From NCBI GenBank assembly GCA_051294375.1, contig CM119269.1, positions 8,367,245 to 8,431,224 of the forward strand: a DNA stretch of 63,980 nt, read 5' to 3'. Numbering within the stretch: position 1 is the stretch's first letter; every line of letters starts with the position of its first letter. Below are positions 17,751 through 32,100 of this stretch, piece by piece. Under the pieces are notes generated by a model, which saw only the letters and a list, made by a program, of their open reading frames with translations, was not told the DNA's origin and made no database searches. Source of the stretch: Paraspadella gotoi (taxonomy: Eukaryota > Animalia > Chaetognatha). Both the position numbers and the translations under genes were made by a program.

Positions 17751-18884
17751 CTCTCTCTNNNNNNNNNNNNNNNNNNNNNNNNNAAATATGACGTGGGCAA
17801 AGAAATCCGCTGGAGAGACGGGGGCCCATTTAGCGAAGAACTTCCGCCTTGGCTACTGCTTAGGCATCTGCTTTGGCATCTGCTGGTTGTAGTCAGCGAC
17901 ATCTGCCTCTGTATAAAACGTTAAATTTGAGAGAAATAGCGACCGAGTTATGGTGAGAGCTGATGAGGACATCGAGCAATGTGAACCGATTCCCTTTAGA
18001 GCCTAAAGTCAGTCCCATGAGGCGTTAGAATCTTGAAACCGATTAAGATGGTCAGTTTTTAGTTAAGCAGCGAGTACTCGCGAAGCAACTCATTTACCAT
18101 TCTTGTTTTATTTTTCGCTTCGGTAATCAATGATGCAGCAATGAACACTGTTGTTAAGTGCTGCGAGACTGTCTTCGGTAACTTACTTTTTCGACTTTTT
18201 ATAATTTTGTCAGGCGAATCGATGTTTAGTTAGTTACATTTACTATTTTTTTCTCTTTTTTACGATAAGTCTGTTTCGTCCTTATCGTCGTCGTCGTTGT
18301 CGTCGTCGTCGTCAGTTCTTAGTTTTCCTCCGCGACAGAAGATGTCGCTCGTCCGATTCCGTTTCAGGAGGAAAAGAGGCATTTATCGGAAAAGGGGGCG
18401 TGACTTTGGGGTTTTATCGATGGAATTTATCGACGAATTAAGATGGAATCAAAATGGAGCCGTTCCTTCGAGTCAGATAGCATCGAACATTGGTGGATTA
18501 TTAAGGTAATTCGCCAAAAGATATTATGCCATTGACCATTGACCATTGACAGCAAGTATGATCATTACGACTAACCTTATCATTATTATCGTCATCATCA
18601 TTATCATCGTCATCATCATCATCATCGTCACGGTCGTAATCATCGTCGTCGTCCAAAGGCTTCGAAAATTGAGGCTGTGGAGTCAACGATAGAAGATGGA
18701 ACCAAGAGAAGCGATTTGCTTCAGAGAAAAATTGTTGTCTCAAAAGAAAACTCATTTTCCGCAAAAAAAAAAAGAGAAAAAACGACAAAAAAGAAACAAG
18801 AAAAAAAAAGAAAATGAACGAATCAGTGGGAAAATTACGACGGGGACAAATTTACACCGATGAGTGTCAATGAGGGTCAATGAA

Positions 18885-18891
18885 AGAAATA

Positions 18892-18979
<88 letters not shown>

Positions 18980-19429
18980 AAAAAAAGAAAGAAAGAAAGA
19001 AAGATATAGAGAAGAATAAAAAATGATGGAAGGTAAAATAAAAAAAAAGAAAGGAAGAAGAAAGAGAAAGTCCCAAAAAAATAAATTCATGGCTTCATGT
19101 TGTTCATGTTGTTTTGAGAAGAAAAAGAAGAGGATAAAAAAAGCAGTTAAAAGGAAAAAAAAGGACTTACAGAGGAGTAGACGCAGGGAATGAATATAAA
19201 AGAAAAAAAATGAATAGATAAATAATTCATTAATAATTATTGAATAAAAAAGTTGATGAATAAATTAAATAATTAAATACTAAATAATGAATGATTGAAT
19301 TAATGAATGAAAGAAGGAGTAGAAAAAGAAAGAAAGTAAAAGAAAAAAAAAGAAAGGAGAGAAAGGATAAAGAGAGAAAGATAAAAAGAAATAATAAAAA
19401 AAATAAATCCAGAAATCGAGAAAGATTAA

Positions 19430-19525
<96 letters not shown>

Positions 19526-19551
19526 AAAAAAAGAAAGAAAGAAAGAAAGAA
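18885..19551. repeat. Two (AAAG)n microsatellites (~18885-19003, ~19428-19551)
   Basis: Direct reading. Confidence 0.95.
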
Positions 19552-21904
19552 ATCCAAGGAAAAAAAAAGAGAAGTAAAGCAGAGAGGAATGGAGGTCGGG
19601 CTCATAAAAACTGCGGCGTCGGAGGAAAAGAAAAGAGAGGAAGTCTTAACCTCGAATCTTTTTTCCTTCTGAATTCGAAGGAGGAAGAAAGATCTTCTCT
19701 GATCGCAAAAAGGCGGATCCCTTGTCGTTGTCGTTGTCGTTGTCGTTGTCCTTGTCGTCATCAACGTCGCCTTCTTTGTTACAGTTACTCGGCGCGGCCG
19801 CTAGAGTAGCCAGTCGTACTCGTTAACCCGGTTATGTGCCTTTTGTTTACTCGAAACGTGTCTGTCGTCGTCGTCGTTTACCATCAATTCCATTTTGATC
19901 TTTTGTCGCGCAAAGCGATTCGTTGATCTTTCAGTAATTGTTGTTGTTCTTTTTTTATTGGTATTATTATTGTTGTGGGGTCTTCCGCTACGGCTGCCAC
20001 TTTTTAAGAATTCGTTTTTCATTAAAACTTTTGAATTTAAATGAATGGAATCCGTAGGACGATTGTTCTGTGGGTCTTGAGGCAAATCGTAACAAAACAG
20101 ACAAAAGAACAAGACATTCTTCCTATTAACATTTATAATTAATTAGTAATAATGTTTATTAATATTTTTTTCGTTGCGCGTCCCGGTAATGTCGAACTCT
20201 GCGCAGAAGTGGAAAGACCTAATTTTGTTTCGCACGAGAATCACACTTCGGTCCGATTTACCTTTCTTTTTTTCTGTATTTATCCTATCTTTTCCTTCTT
20301 TTCTTTTATTTTCTTCCTAAATTATTAATATTATTATTATAAAAATTAATTGAAATTATTAAAATTTCTTAATGCGACCATGAAAGAACGATTCATTTAC
20401 TTTTTCCCATAATGATATCTATGTGAAAAACTGTTTCTTCTTTATGCAAGTGAATACCGAGGTAATTCATACAATCATTGACTATATTTCATAAATATTT
20501 CTGACCATTCTTCCCAAAACAGCGTTAAAAAAACTCGATAATTAGGTCAGGACAACAGCTGATGCTTACCTTGTCCCGACTCTGACTCATTGCACCATTC
20601 TTCATTCTTCGAAACTCTGATTTTTTTATCCTAGTTTTTGTGTCAGTTTCTCTCTTCGTACTTTTTTTTCTTTGTTTTCCGTTAAATTATATTTCAATTT
20701 TCATAAATTCGTTTCAGTCAATTTTCTTATTCCTCATCGATTTTTATTTTCAATTTTCCGTTTCTTTTTTAATTTCACTTCTTTTATGCTTTCAATTTTT
20801 TCATTATCTTTCTTTTAATTATTTTCTATAGTAGTTACTAACATTTTATAAATATTTCCTTTATATTTCTATATCTTAGTTATTCTTAGCTTTTTCTTTA
20901 TCCACTTTTTGAATCATTATTTTTGGTTCACTCTTTTTTTTTCCATTTTTCTTAATTCTTATTCCTAATATCTACTTATCTTTCTTCTTTAATTCATTTT
21001 TTCGTTCTTCTTCATTATTTCCTACTTTATTGCTCTTTATTTTTTCTTTTGTTTATGTTTATTTTACTTCTTCTTCAATGAAGAATCTTAATTACCTTTT
21101 TTTTCTCCCTCTATTTTCTCTGCCTTTATTTTTTCTTTTCACCTTCTATTTCTTTTTTTTTGTATCTTCCTCCTTTTCCTCATTCACGATTTCTTTCCTC
21201 CTCCTTTTTTTTCTACTTTTTTCCTCTCTTCCTCCTTATCTTTCACGCCCACTTTATTTTCGTCTTCGGGAGGAAAATTTCTCTGCGACGAAAATGAATT
21301 TGGGCTCTTCTCTCCCCTCCGGGCCTCCACCCCCCACCCTCCCCTTCCTTCCTCTTCTCCCTCTCCCCCCTTCACTCCTCTCCCCTCCTCTTCCTCCTCC
21401 CCCCTCTTCTCTTCTTTTCTCATCTCACAACAAATCAAGATGAATTTCGTTCTATCGATGAATTTTCTCTTTTTTTTTCTTTATTTTATTCTCAAGATGA
21501 AGAAAAATTTTCTTATTCAGTAGATGAATTTATTTCTCGAATTGAATTCAAGCGCCAGAAATTCCCGAATGTTTAGATATAAATAAATTTATTATGCTGA
21601 ATAAGAAACGATAAAGATTAAACATTCAACGACGTTAAACATTAAAATCCTTAAAATCGTTTAGAATTTATTTTCTAATAGCTTATAACATTTAAAAAAA
21701 ATGTACATTTCACCAAAAAAAAGTTGAGTTTAACGAGAAAGGAAAGGATCGTCGTCCGTAAGATTTCATTTCGTTTAAATCTTTTTTTTTTTACTTTAAT
21801 TATACAACAGAAAAGAATTTCATGATCGAAAGGGATTACGGGTGGGATCGTTGCCTCCTGATGCAGATTTCCTTCTTTAATGAGATGCGGGATGTGAAAT
21901 AGAG

Positions 21905-22160
21905 AGAACGAATGAGCCGATGGGTGGTAGAATGTGCTCATGGGCGATAGAATGATTTGACGGGAGATAGAATGTGCTGATGGGCAGTTGAATGTGCTAG
22001 AATGTGTGGATGAGCGGTAGAATGTTTAAGTGAGCTTTAGAATGCGTTGATAAGCAGTAAAAAGCGGGAACACGTATTGGTGAAAATTAAAATGTATTGA
22101 TTTAAGCATTAGACTGCGTTGATGGGCGACAGAATGAGTTGTTGGGCTTTAAAATGTGGT
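21905..22160. repeat. ~20-bp degenerate minisatellite (gatgggcrrtagaatgtgct)
   Basis: Repeated tagaatgtgct/gatgggc units. Confidence 0.8.
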
Positions 22161-22759
22161 GAGCTAGAAAGTAGAAATAGATTACGACACGTGAAAAGTG
22201 AAAAGTAAAATGTGATCAGCATGATTTTTAAGATTACAACAATTTTTGTAAAAAAACGAGATTAATGATAAATAATAAAGATGAAATACTGTGATAAAAA
22301 AAGGTCAACGATTCGTGATGTGTAATAAATCTCATCTCACATCTCATCTCACATCTTATCTCACATCTTATCTCACATTCGGTCTTTCTTCACGTCTTCT
22401 TCCTCCACATTAAATTTAACTACTTTTTCACCAAAACCTCAATTCACGAACTTTAAAGCCGTGAAGCGAGACGGGCGACCCAGTGACGATATTCAGCCAT
22501 GGGCCCAACCTGTGAGTCCAGCTTGTCCAATCGTCCAAAATTCACAATAACAATTTATCAAAAAAGTTTTGTACAAAATTGTATATTCATGTCATTTCTA
22601 AATTTATCTTTAAAATGTCAAAAACAAAACATTTTACTTCAAGGTTTAAGTCATTAAATACAAAAAAAAAACATTTTGGATAACACTCGCGTCTTTGGGG
22701 GTTTGGTTCGGCTCTTATCTCCCCTTCCCCCCGTTCCCTTTATCTCAACCGTTTTTCAT

Positions 22760-23139
22760 GAATATTAAGACTTATTTTATAAATTTCATCTATGAACAAT
22801 AAGCCTAGTCTGTCCCAAACCCGCGAGATTTTCCTCCACAACAAGCGTCCAACCCTGACCAATCTTTAAAATTCTTTCATCAAATCCTCTATTCGTTCAT
22901 ATTCTTATACTTTATCCATCAAAACTAAATCCAACTTCCCTTTCTGCTTATTCTCTTTTTGCTTTTCTCTCTCCATATCTATCAAACTTCTCTAATTTGT
23001 TCTCTTCTCTATAATTCTCCTTTTTTTTCTATCCCTTTCCTCCATTTCCTTTCTTTTTCCTTTCGGTTTTCATATTGATACTGTTCGTCTCCTTCCTTCC
23101 ATTCTTTATTTCCCTCTCGTCATATCTTCATCTGCTCAT

Positions 23140-23227
<88 letters not shown>

Positions 23228-23357
23228 GCTCTCTCTCTCTCTTCTCATCATTCTCACTCTTCCAGTTCCCGGCTTTTTCAACGAAATTTGAAACCGAGAC
23301 TGTCCGACGCAACTTACAGCAAAGGCTGGCAAGAGTCCGAAGGGATTTACCACTCTC

Positions 23358-23422
<65 letters not shown>

Positions 23423-24128
23423 CTCTCTCTCTCCCCGATCTTCCCATTCCCCATTTGCCACCAAACCGTGAAGTCACTCAAATTCAGATAAATTTTCGCG
23501 AGTTCGAATGATGTCACAATTCACATTGCTCAAACAATGTTTAATCTGTTTTCTAATCTGCGTAATCTAAATAAAAGAGAATAAATTGAATTCTTCCCTA
23601 GTTTCATTTCATAATTCATACTAAAATGTATATTATATTACTCTGAATATAATATTTCATATTTTTCCCTCTCAAATTCAAACCTTTGCCCCCCCCCCTC
23701 TCTCTCNNNNNNNNNNNNNNNNNNNNNNNNNATATTGAATATTAAGACTTATTTATAAAATTTCATCTATGAACAATAAGCCTAGTCTGTCCCAAAACCC
23801 CGAGATTTTCCCTCCTCAACAAGCTTCCAACCCTGACCAATCTTTAAATTCTTTCATATTCAAATCCTCATTTCTTTCATGATCTTATACTTTATCCATC
23901 AAAACTAATCCAACTTCCCTTCTGCTTATCTCTTTTTGCTTTTCTCTCTCATATCTATCAAACTTCTCTAATATTGCTTCTCTCTTCTCTATTAATTCCC
24001 TTTTTTTTTATCCCTTTCTGCTCCATTCCTCCTTTTTCTTTCTTCTCTTTCTATTGTACGTTACTTTTTCGTCTCCTTCCTTCCCTTACGTATTTCCCTC
24101 TCGTCATATCTTTATGCTGCTCACAACT

Positions 24129-24194
<66 letters not shown>

Positions 24195-24366
24195 GCTCTC
24201 TCTCTCTCTCTCTTCTTCCTCTCCCTCTCCTCTTCCTCATTTCACTCTTCCAGTTCCCTGGCTTTTTCAACGAAATGAAACCGAGACTGTCCGACCAACT
24301 CACAGCAAAGGTGGCAAGAGTCCGAAGGGATTTACCATCTCTCTCTCTCTCTTCTTCTCTCTCTCT

Positions 24367-24413
<47 letters not shown>

Positions 24414-24690
24414 CTCTCTCCCCGACTCTTCCCATTCCCATTGCTTTACCCCCAAACCGTGAAGTCACTCAAATTCAGTAAATTTTCGCGAGTTTCGAAT
24501 GATGTCACAATTCACATTGCTCAAACAATGTTTAATCTGTTCTAATCTGCGTAATCTAATAAAGAGAATAAATTGAATTCTTCCCTAGTTTTATTTCATA
24601 ATTCATACTAAAAATGTATTTATTACTCTTGAATATATATTCATATTTTCCCTCTCAAATTCAAACCTTTCCCCCCCCCTTCCTCTCTCC
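22760..24690. repeat. ~950-bp direct duplication flanking a 25-N gap (probable assembly overfill)
   Basis: gaatattaagacttattt...aaacctttgcccccc at 22760-23706 is repeated at ~23737-24690. The gap is 23707-23731. Confidence 0.9.
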
Positions 24691-25269
24691 TCGTTCCGTT
24701 CATTTGTAAAAGTGTCAATCCGTCCGTCCATTCGTCAGTCTGGGAACAAAAAAAAAAGTTTTCACTGAAAACAATTCCGAGTTCCATCACTTTTTACTTT
24801 TTTTACTCCAACGGAGTTTTTTTTTCCCCCTCTACGCTGAAAAGTATAATTTCGTAATCGAATGTAGAAATGAATTAGTGACTTTATTGCTCATTGTTTA
24901 ATTTTAAATAATTAGAAAGGGAAACTCAATCGTCGTTTGTGGCTAAAACAGTTATCGGTTGTTTTGTCGTTGCCAAGCGACACTTTTACTGCGGTGACAA
25001 CCCAACCCGCCCGTTTCCTCGTTTTCTTAGCAGAAACAGTTTTGAGTTGTTCCTTGTTTTTGTTTTTATGTTTCCGCTTGTTTGTCATTCCTACGCAATT
25101 CCTTCCCTTCTCTTTTCTCACTTCTTTTTTTTTTTTTTTGGTATCCTGAGGTAAAGAAATTTGTATGCAATGGAGCAAGCATTGCTTGGTCATAATTGCC
25201 TTTCAGTTTTTTTTTTCATTTTGGAAAAAAAATGCTTGTTGACAACATTTCTGGTTGAATTACGGTATC

Positions 25270-25466
25270 ACCCAGCTGTAGCGTGGGCGTTAAAGGTATC
25301 GTAATAAAGCCCTGAGAATACTACTAGAGAAAAATACTACTTGATTAGGCAATTGGCTCCCTCTCTTACTAAATTCTCAACCTATCATAGCCTGTCCAAA
25401 GTCAGGGGCAAGATAGCTTTATTGAATGAATGGATAGTTTTACATTGGTTGTACCAATTTCATAAG
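25270..25466 (+). mobile_element. SINE-like copy with the shared 3' tail
   Basis: agcctgtccaaagtcaggggcaagatagctt...ggatagttttacattggttgtaccaatttcata. The upstream body differs from the 2965 copy. Confidence 0.6.
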
Positions 25467-26552
25467 CAATTTATTGTTTTCTTGTTTAAGAATTTTACGG
25501 AAATGAAATAAAATTTTCGAAACAGCGCAAATTAACACTTTCTTTTAAAAAAAAATCAATATTTGGCTCCAGTAAATAAGCCGAATAATTAAAAAGTCGT
25601 AATTTTGCTAATTTAGTTAATTTCGTGGAGTCTTGATTTTTCATCGAATTCACGTAGAGCGAAAAGTAAACAAAAAGNNNNNNNNNNNNNNNNNNNNNNN
25701 NNNNNNNNNNNNNNNNNNNNNNNNNNNNNNNNNNNNNNNNNNNNNNNNNNNNNNNNNNNNNNNNNNNNNNNNNNNNNNNNNNNNNNNNNNNNNNNNNNNN
25801 NNNNNNNNNNNNNNNNNNNNNNNNNNNNNNNNNNNNNNNNNNNNNNNNNNNNNNNNNNNNNNNNNNNNNNNNNNNNNNNNNNNNNNNNNNNNNNNNNNNN
25901 NNNNNNNNNNNNNNNNNNNNNNNNGAGAGAGAGAGGCAGAGAGAGCAATAGCATTCGGAAACCAGAGGACGCATTTGGAAACATCAGGAGATTAAATGGA
26001 AAGAGAGTGGAGCCACGAGAGACTGAATCAAATGAATTAAGTGAATGATATGAATGAAAAGAATGAAGTAAATGATAGAAATGAAACTAAAGAAATTAAG
26101 TGTAGGAAATGAACGAATAGATTGAAATGAATGAATCAATTGAGAGGAATGAAACAAATTGAAGTAAAAGGGAATAGAAAGAATTGATTTGAGTGAATTA
26201 AATGAAAGATGTGAATTAATTAATGAAGTGAAAATAGCAGGCAGTCCGAAGTGATCGACGCGTGGGGAACGATAGCGTATATTTCTTATTCAGTCTTCAC
26301 GAGATAAAATTGAGAAATGAACGAAGTAAGGTTGAGAAATGAACCAGAACAAGAGAAGATCGATTGACAAAAACCCAGTTCAGCGCGACAGAGACAGAGA
26401 CAGTGAGACGGAGTAGTGAAAAATAAAAAATTCATCACGACGGGGAAAAAAAAGAGAGAGAGAAAAAAAAGAAAAAACTCCGCTGCCTTCTTTTTTTCTT
26501 TTTCTCGTCGGGGATTCACCGGCCAATGGCTGTCATCGGCCTGGAGACCGGA

Positions 26553-26602
<50 letters not shown>

Positions 26603-28248
26603 GGAGAGAGAGTCGTCGTCGGTGGTGGCGTCGTTGGAACCGGCGTCGTCGTCGTCGTCGTCGTCGTCGTCGCTTCCGCCCTGGAAGAAAAACGCGCGAG
26701 GAACAAAACGGGACGCTTCGCTGAAAACCGGGGAAAAAATGAAAGGAGGAATTTACGTTGATTTAAAATTAAAATTATGAGATGGAGTCGAAGAAAGAAA
26801 AATTGAAGGCGAGAGAGAGAGAGAGCGAGTGCGAGACGGTGAAAAAGTCAAACGGGAGAAATTATCGCAAAAAGAAGAGAGAAATCGTGAAGAAATGAAG
26901 TTTCTGAAACAAGTTAAATNNNNNNNNNNNNNNNNNNNNNNNNNNNNNNNNNNNNNNNNNNNNNNNNNNNNNNNNNNNNNNNNNNNNNNNNNNNNNNNNN
27001 NNNNNNNNNNNNNNNNNNNNNNNNNNNNNNNNNNNNNNNNNNNNNNNNNNNNNNNNNNNNNNNNNNNNNNNNNNNNNNNNNNNNNNNNNNNNNNNNNNNN
27101 NNNNNNNNNNNNNNNNNNNNNNNNNNNNNNNNNNNNNNNNNNNNNNNNNNNNNNNNNNNNNNNNNNNNNNNNNNNNNNNNNNNNNNNNNNNNNNNNNNNN
27201 NNNNNNNNNNNNNNNNNNNNNNNNNNNNNNNNNNNNNNNNNNNNNNNNNNNNNNNNNNNNNNNNNNNNNNNNNNNNNNNNNNNNNNNNNNNNNNNNNNNN
27301 NNNNNNNNNNNNNNNNNNNNNNNNNNNNNNNNNNNNNNNNNNNNNNNNNNNNNNNNNNNNNNNNNNNNNNNNNNNNNNNNNNNNNNNNNNNNNNNNNNNN
27401 NNNNNNNNNNNNNNNNNNNNNNNNNNNNNNNNNNNNNNNNNNNNNNNNNNNNNNNATTTTTATCATATTGTACCAATGCTGATGTAATAATGATAATATA
27501 TAAAATATTATTTTTATAATAATAATAATAATAATAATAATTTAATAATAATAATATAAATAATCATAATACATAATTAATATAATATAATAATAATAAT
27601 TATATAATTAATAATTCAACGGATTTAAATTGCTTGTCACCTCCCGCCACAGCTCCGCCCGCTTTGCTCGATACTGCTTGGCAAGAAAAGAAGCAGTCGA
27701 CAAAAGCGAAGAACCAATCAATATTTTCTCGACCGAAGACGAAAAAAAAAAGAAATNNNNNNNNNNNNNNNNNNNNNNNNNNNNNNNNNNNNNNNNNNNN
27801 NNNNNNNNNNNNNNNNNNNNNNNNNNNNNNNNNNNNNNNNNNNNNNNNNNNNNNNNNNNNNNNNNNNNNNNNNNNNNNNNNNNNNNNNNNNNNNNNNNNN
27901 NNNNNNNNNNNNNNNNNNNNNNNNNNNNNNNNNNNNNNNNNNNNNNNNNNNNNNNNNNNNNNNNNNNNNNNNNNNNNNNNNNNNNNNNNNNNNNNNNNNN
28001 NNNNNNNNNNNNNNNNNNNNNNNNNNNNNNNNNNNNNNNNNNNNNNNNNNNNNNNNNNNNNNNNNNNNNNNNNNNTTGTTCTTGTTATTGTCGTCGACGT
28101 TGCTGTCGTTGTTGTTGTCAAAGTTATCGTTGTTTTGGTTGACGTTGTCGTCGTTGTCATCGCCGTTTTTATTGTTGTCGTTCTCAATTTTGTCGTCGTC
28201 ATGTCGGCATCAACATCATTTGTTTTTCATCATCCTTCTCAGCACTTA

Positions 28249-28306
<58 letters not shown>

Positions 28307-28313
28307 TTCATCA
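28249..28313. repeat. (CAT)n microsatellite
   Basis: Direct reading. Confidence 0.95.
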
Positions 28314-28943
28314 TCCAAGCTTTTCTACGGAATTCCCAAATAAAAATTCTACAATTTCCATTTTTTTATCGTAGAGGAAAAAAAAGAAAATCTTTTGACC
28401 TCTGATTTTATATTTCGATCTGGAAACAAATTTTATGTCCGCATTTAGATTCAGATTTTTTTTTTTTTGTCTTCATCCCCATTCATGTTACATATGAATT
28501 TTTTTTTAGCAAGAAAAATGTTGCAACGTTTCTGATAATGGAAACAGAGTTGACTACAAAGAATCAAGATTTTTGTGCCATCGTCGACAAAGTCAAATTT
28601 GACTTTAGCATTTACGGAATCGTTATCGCAATTTACTCTCCCTTCACATCGACGATCAACTCGACACCCTCCAACAGAATCCCTGTCTACTTCTTTCACG
28701 CCAAAAACCAAGATGTCTCCAGTTAGAGTTTCTCCTCCGGAAGTCTAACTATTCGTGGCTCATTTTCGAATAAGTCACATTGGTTTCCTTTCCTTTCCTC
28801 ACTATTCTTTTTTTAGCCACGCCATACACTGAACACCCATTTCNNNNNNNNNNNNNNNNNNNNNNNNNNNNNNNNNNNNNNNNNNNNNNNNNNNNNNNNN
28901 NNNNNNNNNNNNNNNNNNNNNNNNNNNNNNNNNNNNNNNNNNN

Positions 28944-28981
28944 ACCCAGCTTGTGGCTGGAAGGCTCCGGGTTCTAATCCA
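28944..28981 (-). repeat. Visible part of the 3' LTR (begins TG on the minus strand)
   Basis: Matches 34481-34517 except for one C. Confidence 0.85.
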
Positions 28982-28994
28982 TATCCCCCCCAGA
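28982..28994 (-). promoter_or_regulatory. Polypurine tract (minus strand: tctgggggggata|TG)
   Basis: G7 run directly upstream of the LTR-start TG on the minus strand. Confidence 0.8.
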
Positions 28995-29139
28995 CGGAAA
29001 CACTGCTGTTTACGGAACACGTTTGGGCTTAGTGCCAGGTAAGATTAGAATACGAGTTAAATTGAAATATAGTATTAAATATAGTAATCAAATTGTTAAA
29101 TTCCAGTTGAATGAATTTTTAAAAAAAAAAAATATGGGC

Positions 29140-32100
29140 TCACGCTTGCTCGAGCAAAAGTTTTAATACTGCATTATAGTTGGGGCGATTTGTCGGCCTT
29201 GGGCGCAAGATACGTTCCACACGTGGGCGTGGCTGCGGTTGAACTTCCGCCGGGGAGGTGGGAGGTGCGCCGAAGGTAAGAGATGGTTGAGGATTCGCGC
29301 TTGGAGGCGCTTCGTTATTTTGGTTGGTTCTGTCGCCTTGATCGGAAATGGGCGTGACCTGAAGTGACGCCTGAGCTTCCGGTGGAGTTGTTGTCGGATT
29401 ATCGTCGTCATTGTCGTCGTCGTCGTCATCCTGTCTTTGAAGGGTTGGTGACGATTGCTGACGGCGAGTTGTAGAACGTGTTTGACGATCGGTTGGCGCA
29501 GGCTGGCGCGTCCGCGGAACTGGGCGTCGACCCGGGGGTGGAGGAGAGGGTGGAGGAGATGGTTGAGAAACTCTTTCTTCTCCTTCCTCATCGCGCCATA
29601 ACGTTGCCGGTTTAATTCGGGAGATGGCGATTGTTTCGACGCCCCGTCCTGGTATTTCAACTCTAAAGTTTAAATTGTCACGTGATATAACCTTGTACGG
29701 GCCGAGGTAAGGCGCGGTGAGCGCAGGTTTGATCCCGCCACGTTGGACAAACACGTAAGTGGTGTCGGCGAGGGTTTCGGGAAGGTAGAGACTTGGGGTC
29801 CGGTGGGTTGACGTTTCGGTGGGCAGCAAACGCTCAACTTCGACGCGAAGATTGTTTCTGAGTTGACGACGCTGTTCTTGAAGGTTGTTGTCATCAAGTG
29901 GAGGCGGAAGTAAGTCTCCAGGCACTGCTAGGCCTTCGCCGAAAACGAGCTCCGCGGGAGACGCGCCCACATCCGGTTTAATTGTAGTACGGATAGCGAG
30001 GAGTGCTGAGGGCAATTTCCAGAACCATTGATGCGGTTGTTGGTCACCAAGCGCAATCAACGCCTCCTTTAATCTGCGGTGGAAACGTTCGACTAGTCCA
30101 TTGGATTGGGGATGGTAAGCAGCCGTTTTGTGATGCTTAATCCCCCATTTCTGCGCTAGCTGGGTCCAGATGGTTGACTCAAATTGGGCGCCGCGATCAG
30201 TGGTTATGTCCGCTGGGATTCCGTAGTTGGCGATCCAGCCATGGGTGAGGGCGTCGACAACGGAGGTGGATGTCATGTCAGTCATTGGAATTGCGGTTGG
30301 CCACCTCGTAAACCTGTCGACGATCGTCAAAAGGGAGCTGAAACCATTTGAAATCGGCATCAGCGTGATGTCGACATTGAGGTGAGAAAAACGTTTCGCC
30401 GGGACTTTGAAATCGCCGATGTTCGGAATGACGTGGCGGGTAACCTTTGCCTGTTGACAAGGGACGCATTCTCGGGACCAGCGGGTCGCGTCGGCTTTCA
30501 GGGATGGCCAAACAAATTTTGAGGCGATGGTTTCGCGTGTTCGTGCGACGCCTGGATGCCCGAGGCCGTGGATGGCGTCGAAAATCTTTTTTCGCCATGA
30601 CTCAGGCACAAAGGGTCTCGCTGGGCCGTTGGAGACATCGACGAGTAATTGCTGCTCACCGACCGTGACCTTGCGGAATTGGAGGCCCGTCCTAGCATCA
30701 TTGGAGAGCCGCTGGAAGTCGCGGTCGAGGGCTTGATGGCGGGCCATCTCTTCCAAGTCGACGCCTTCATGACCAATGGAGTTGATGGTGCTGTACAGGT
30801 CTTGAACCTTTTCCTCGGGCACTGGGCGATCTACCGTGGCGATTGGCGGAGGGTTCGGCCTTGACAAGGCGTCTGCGACCACATTGGCCTTGCCGCGAAT
30901 GTGTCTGATGTCAGTGGTGAATTCTGAGATCACCGACAATTGGAAATTGTGACGGGTGGTTTGGGGTTCAGCGCGCTTGTGCAGGGCATGGATCAACGAT
31001 TGGTGATCTGTGTACAGAGTAAAAGCTCTGCCTTCCAACCAATGGCGGAAGTGACGCACTGCCCGGAACGCTCCGTAGAGCTCCCTGTCAAACGGCGGCC
31101 AACGTCGTTGTGCTTCATCCAATTTTGCCGAAAAGAATGCTAACGGCTCCCATCCTTCTGGCGTCCGTTGCTCAAGGACGGCGCCGACGGCAATGTCTGA
31201 GGCGTCAGTGGTGAGGGCCAATTGGGCGTTAGTACGTGGATGACGCAAAAGAGTGGCATCGGCGAGCGCCTCCTTGATGGCGACAAAAGACGCCGCGCAC
31301 TTTTCTGACCAATTCAGTTGTTTTGGCTTTCCAGCGAGAATGTCGTATAGTGCTGCGGCGTGGTGAGCTGCCTTCGGTATGAACCTTCGGTAATAGTTTA
31401 CCATACCGAGGAATCTCTGAAGTTCCTTCACTGTGGTTGGCGGATTTGTGGCGCGGATCGCCTCCACTTTTTGCGGGAGTGGTTTGACGCCAGTTGAATC
31501 TACGAGGTAACCGAGAAACTCGAGGGATTTTTGGCCGAGTACGCATTTTTTTCTGTTGATTACCAATCCGTTTTCGGCGAGAGAGTTGAAGACAGCGTCG
31601 AGATCCTTGATGTGCTCTTCCTCTGTCTCGCTGGCGACAAGGATGTCGTCGAGATACACATATGTGTGAGGGACATCTCCAAGGATTTCGTCCATCATCC
31701 GCTGGAAATCCTGTCCAGCATTTTTCAGACCAAATGGGGTCCTTAGGAAGACAAAAAGTCCAAAAGGCGTGATTACAGCCGTTTTTGGGACGTCTTCATC
31801 AGCAACCGGGATCTGATGATATCCCTTGAGAAGATCTATCTTCGAAAAAATCTTCTTGCCGGCCAATTCGGCGTTGAAGTCTGCAAGAAGTTTGACTGGA
31901 TATCTGTCATCTTTTGTTTTTGAGTTCAAACGCCGGAAATCGCCGCAACAACGCCATCCCCCATCAGCTTTGGGTACGCATAAAAGTGGCGATGACCAAG
32001 AGCTCTTGGCTCTTTGGGCGATGCCAAGGGCAACAAGTTTGTCGAGCTCGGCTTTGGCAACCGCTAGTTTTTCTGGGGGGAGTCGACGCGCGCGTGCTTG

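Noticed and set aside
17959-18000. CTGATGAG hammerhead-ribozyme-like core
   Set aside because: No properly registered stem II, and GAAC in place of GAAA.
28590-28775. Candidate missing kinase exon or separate gene
   Set aside because: Several frames are open but none shows kinase C-lobe or other recognisable motifs.
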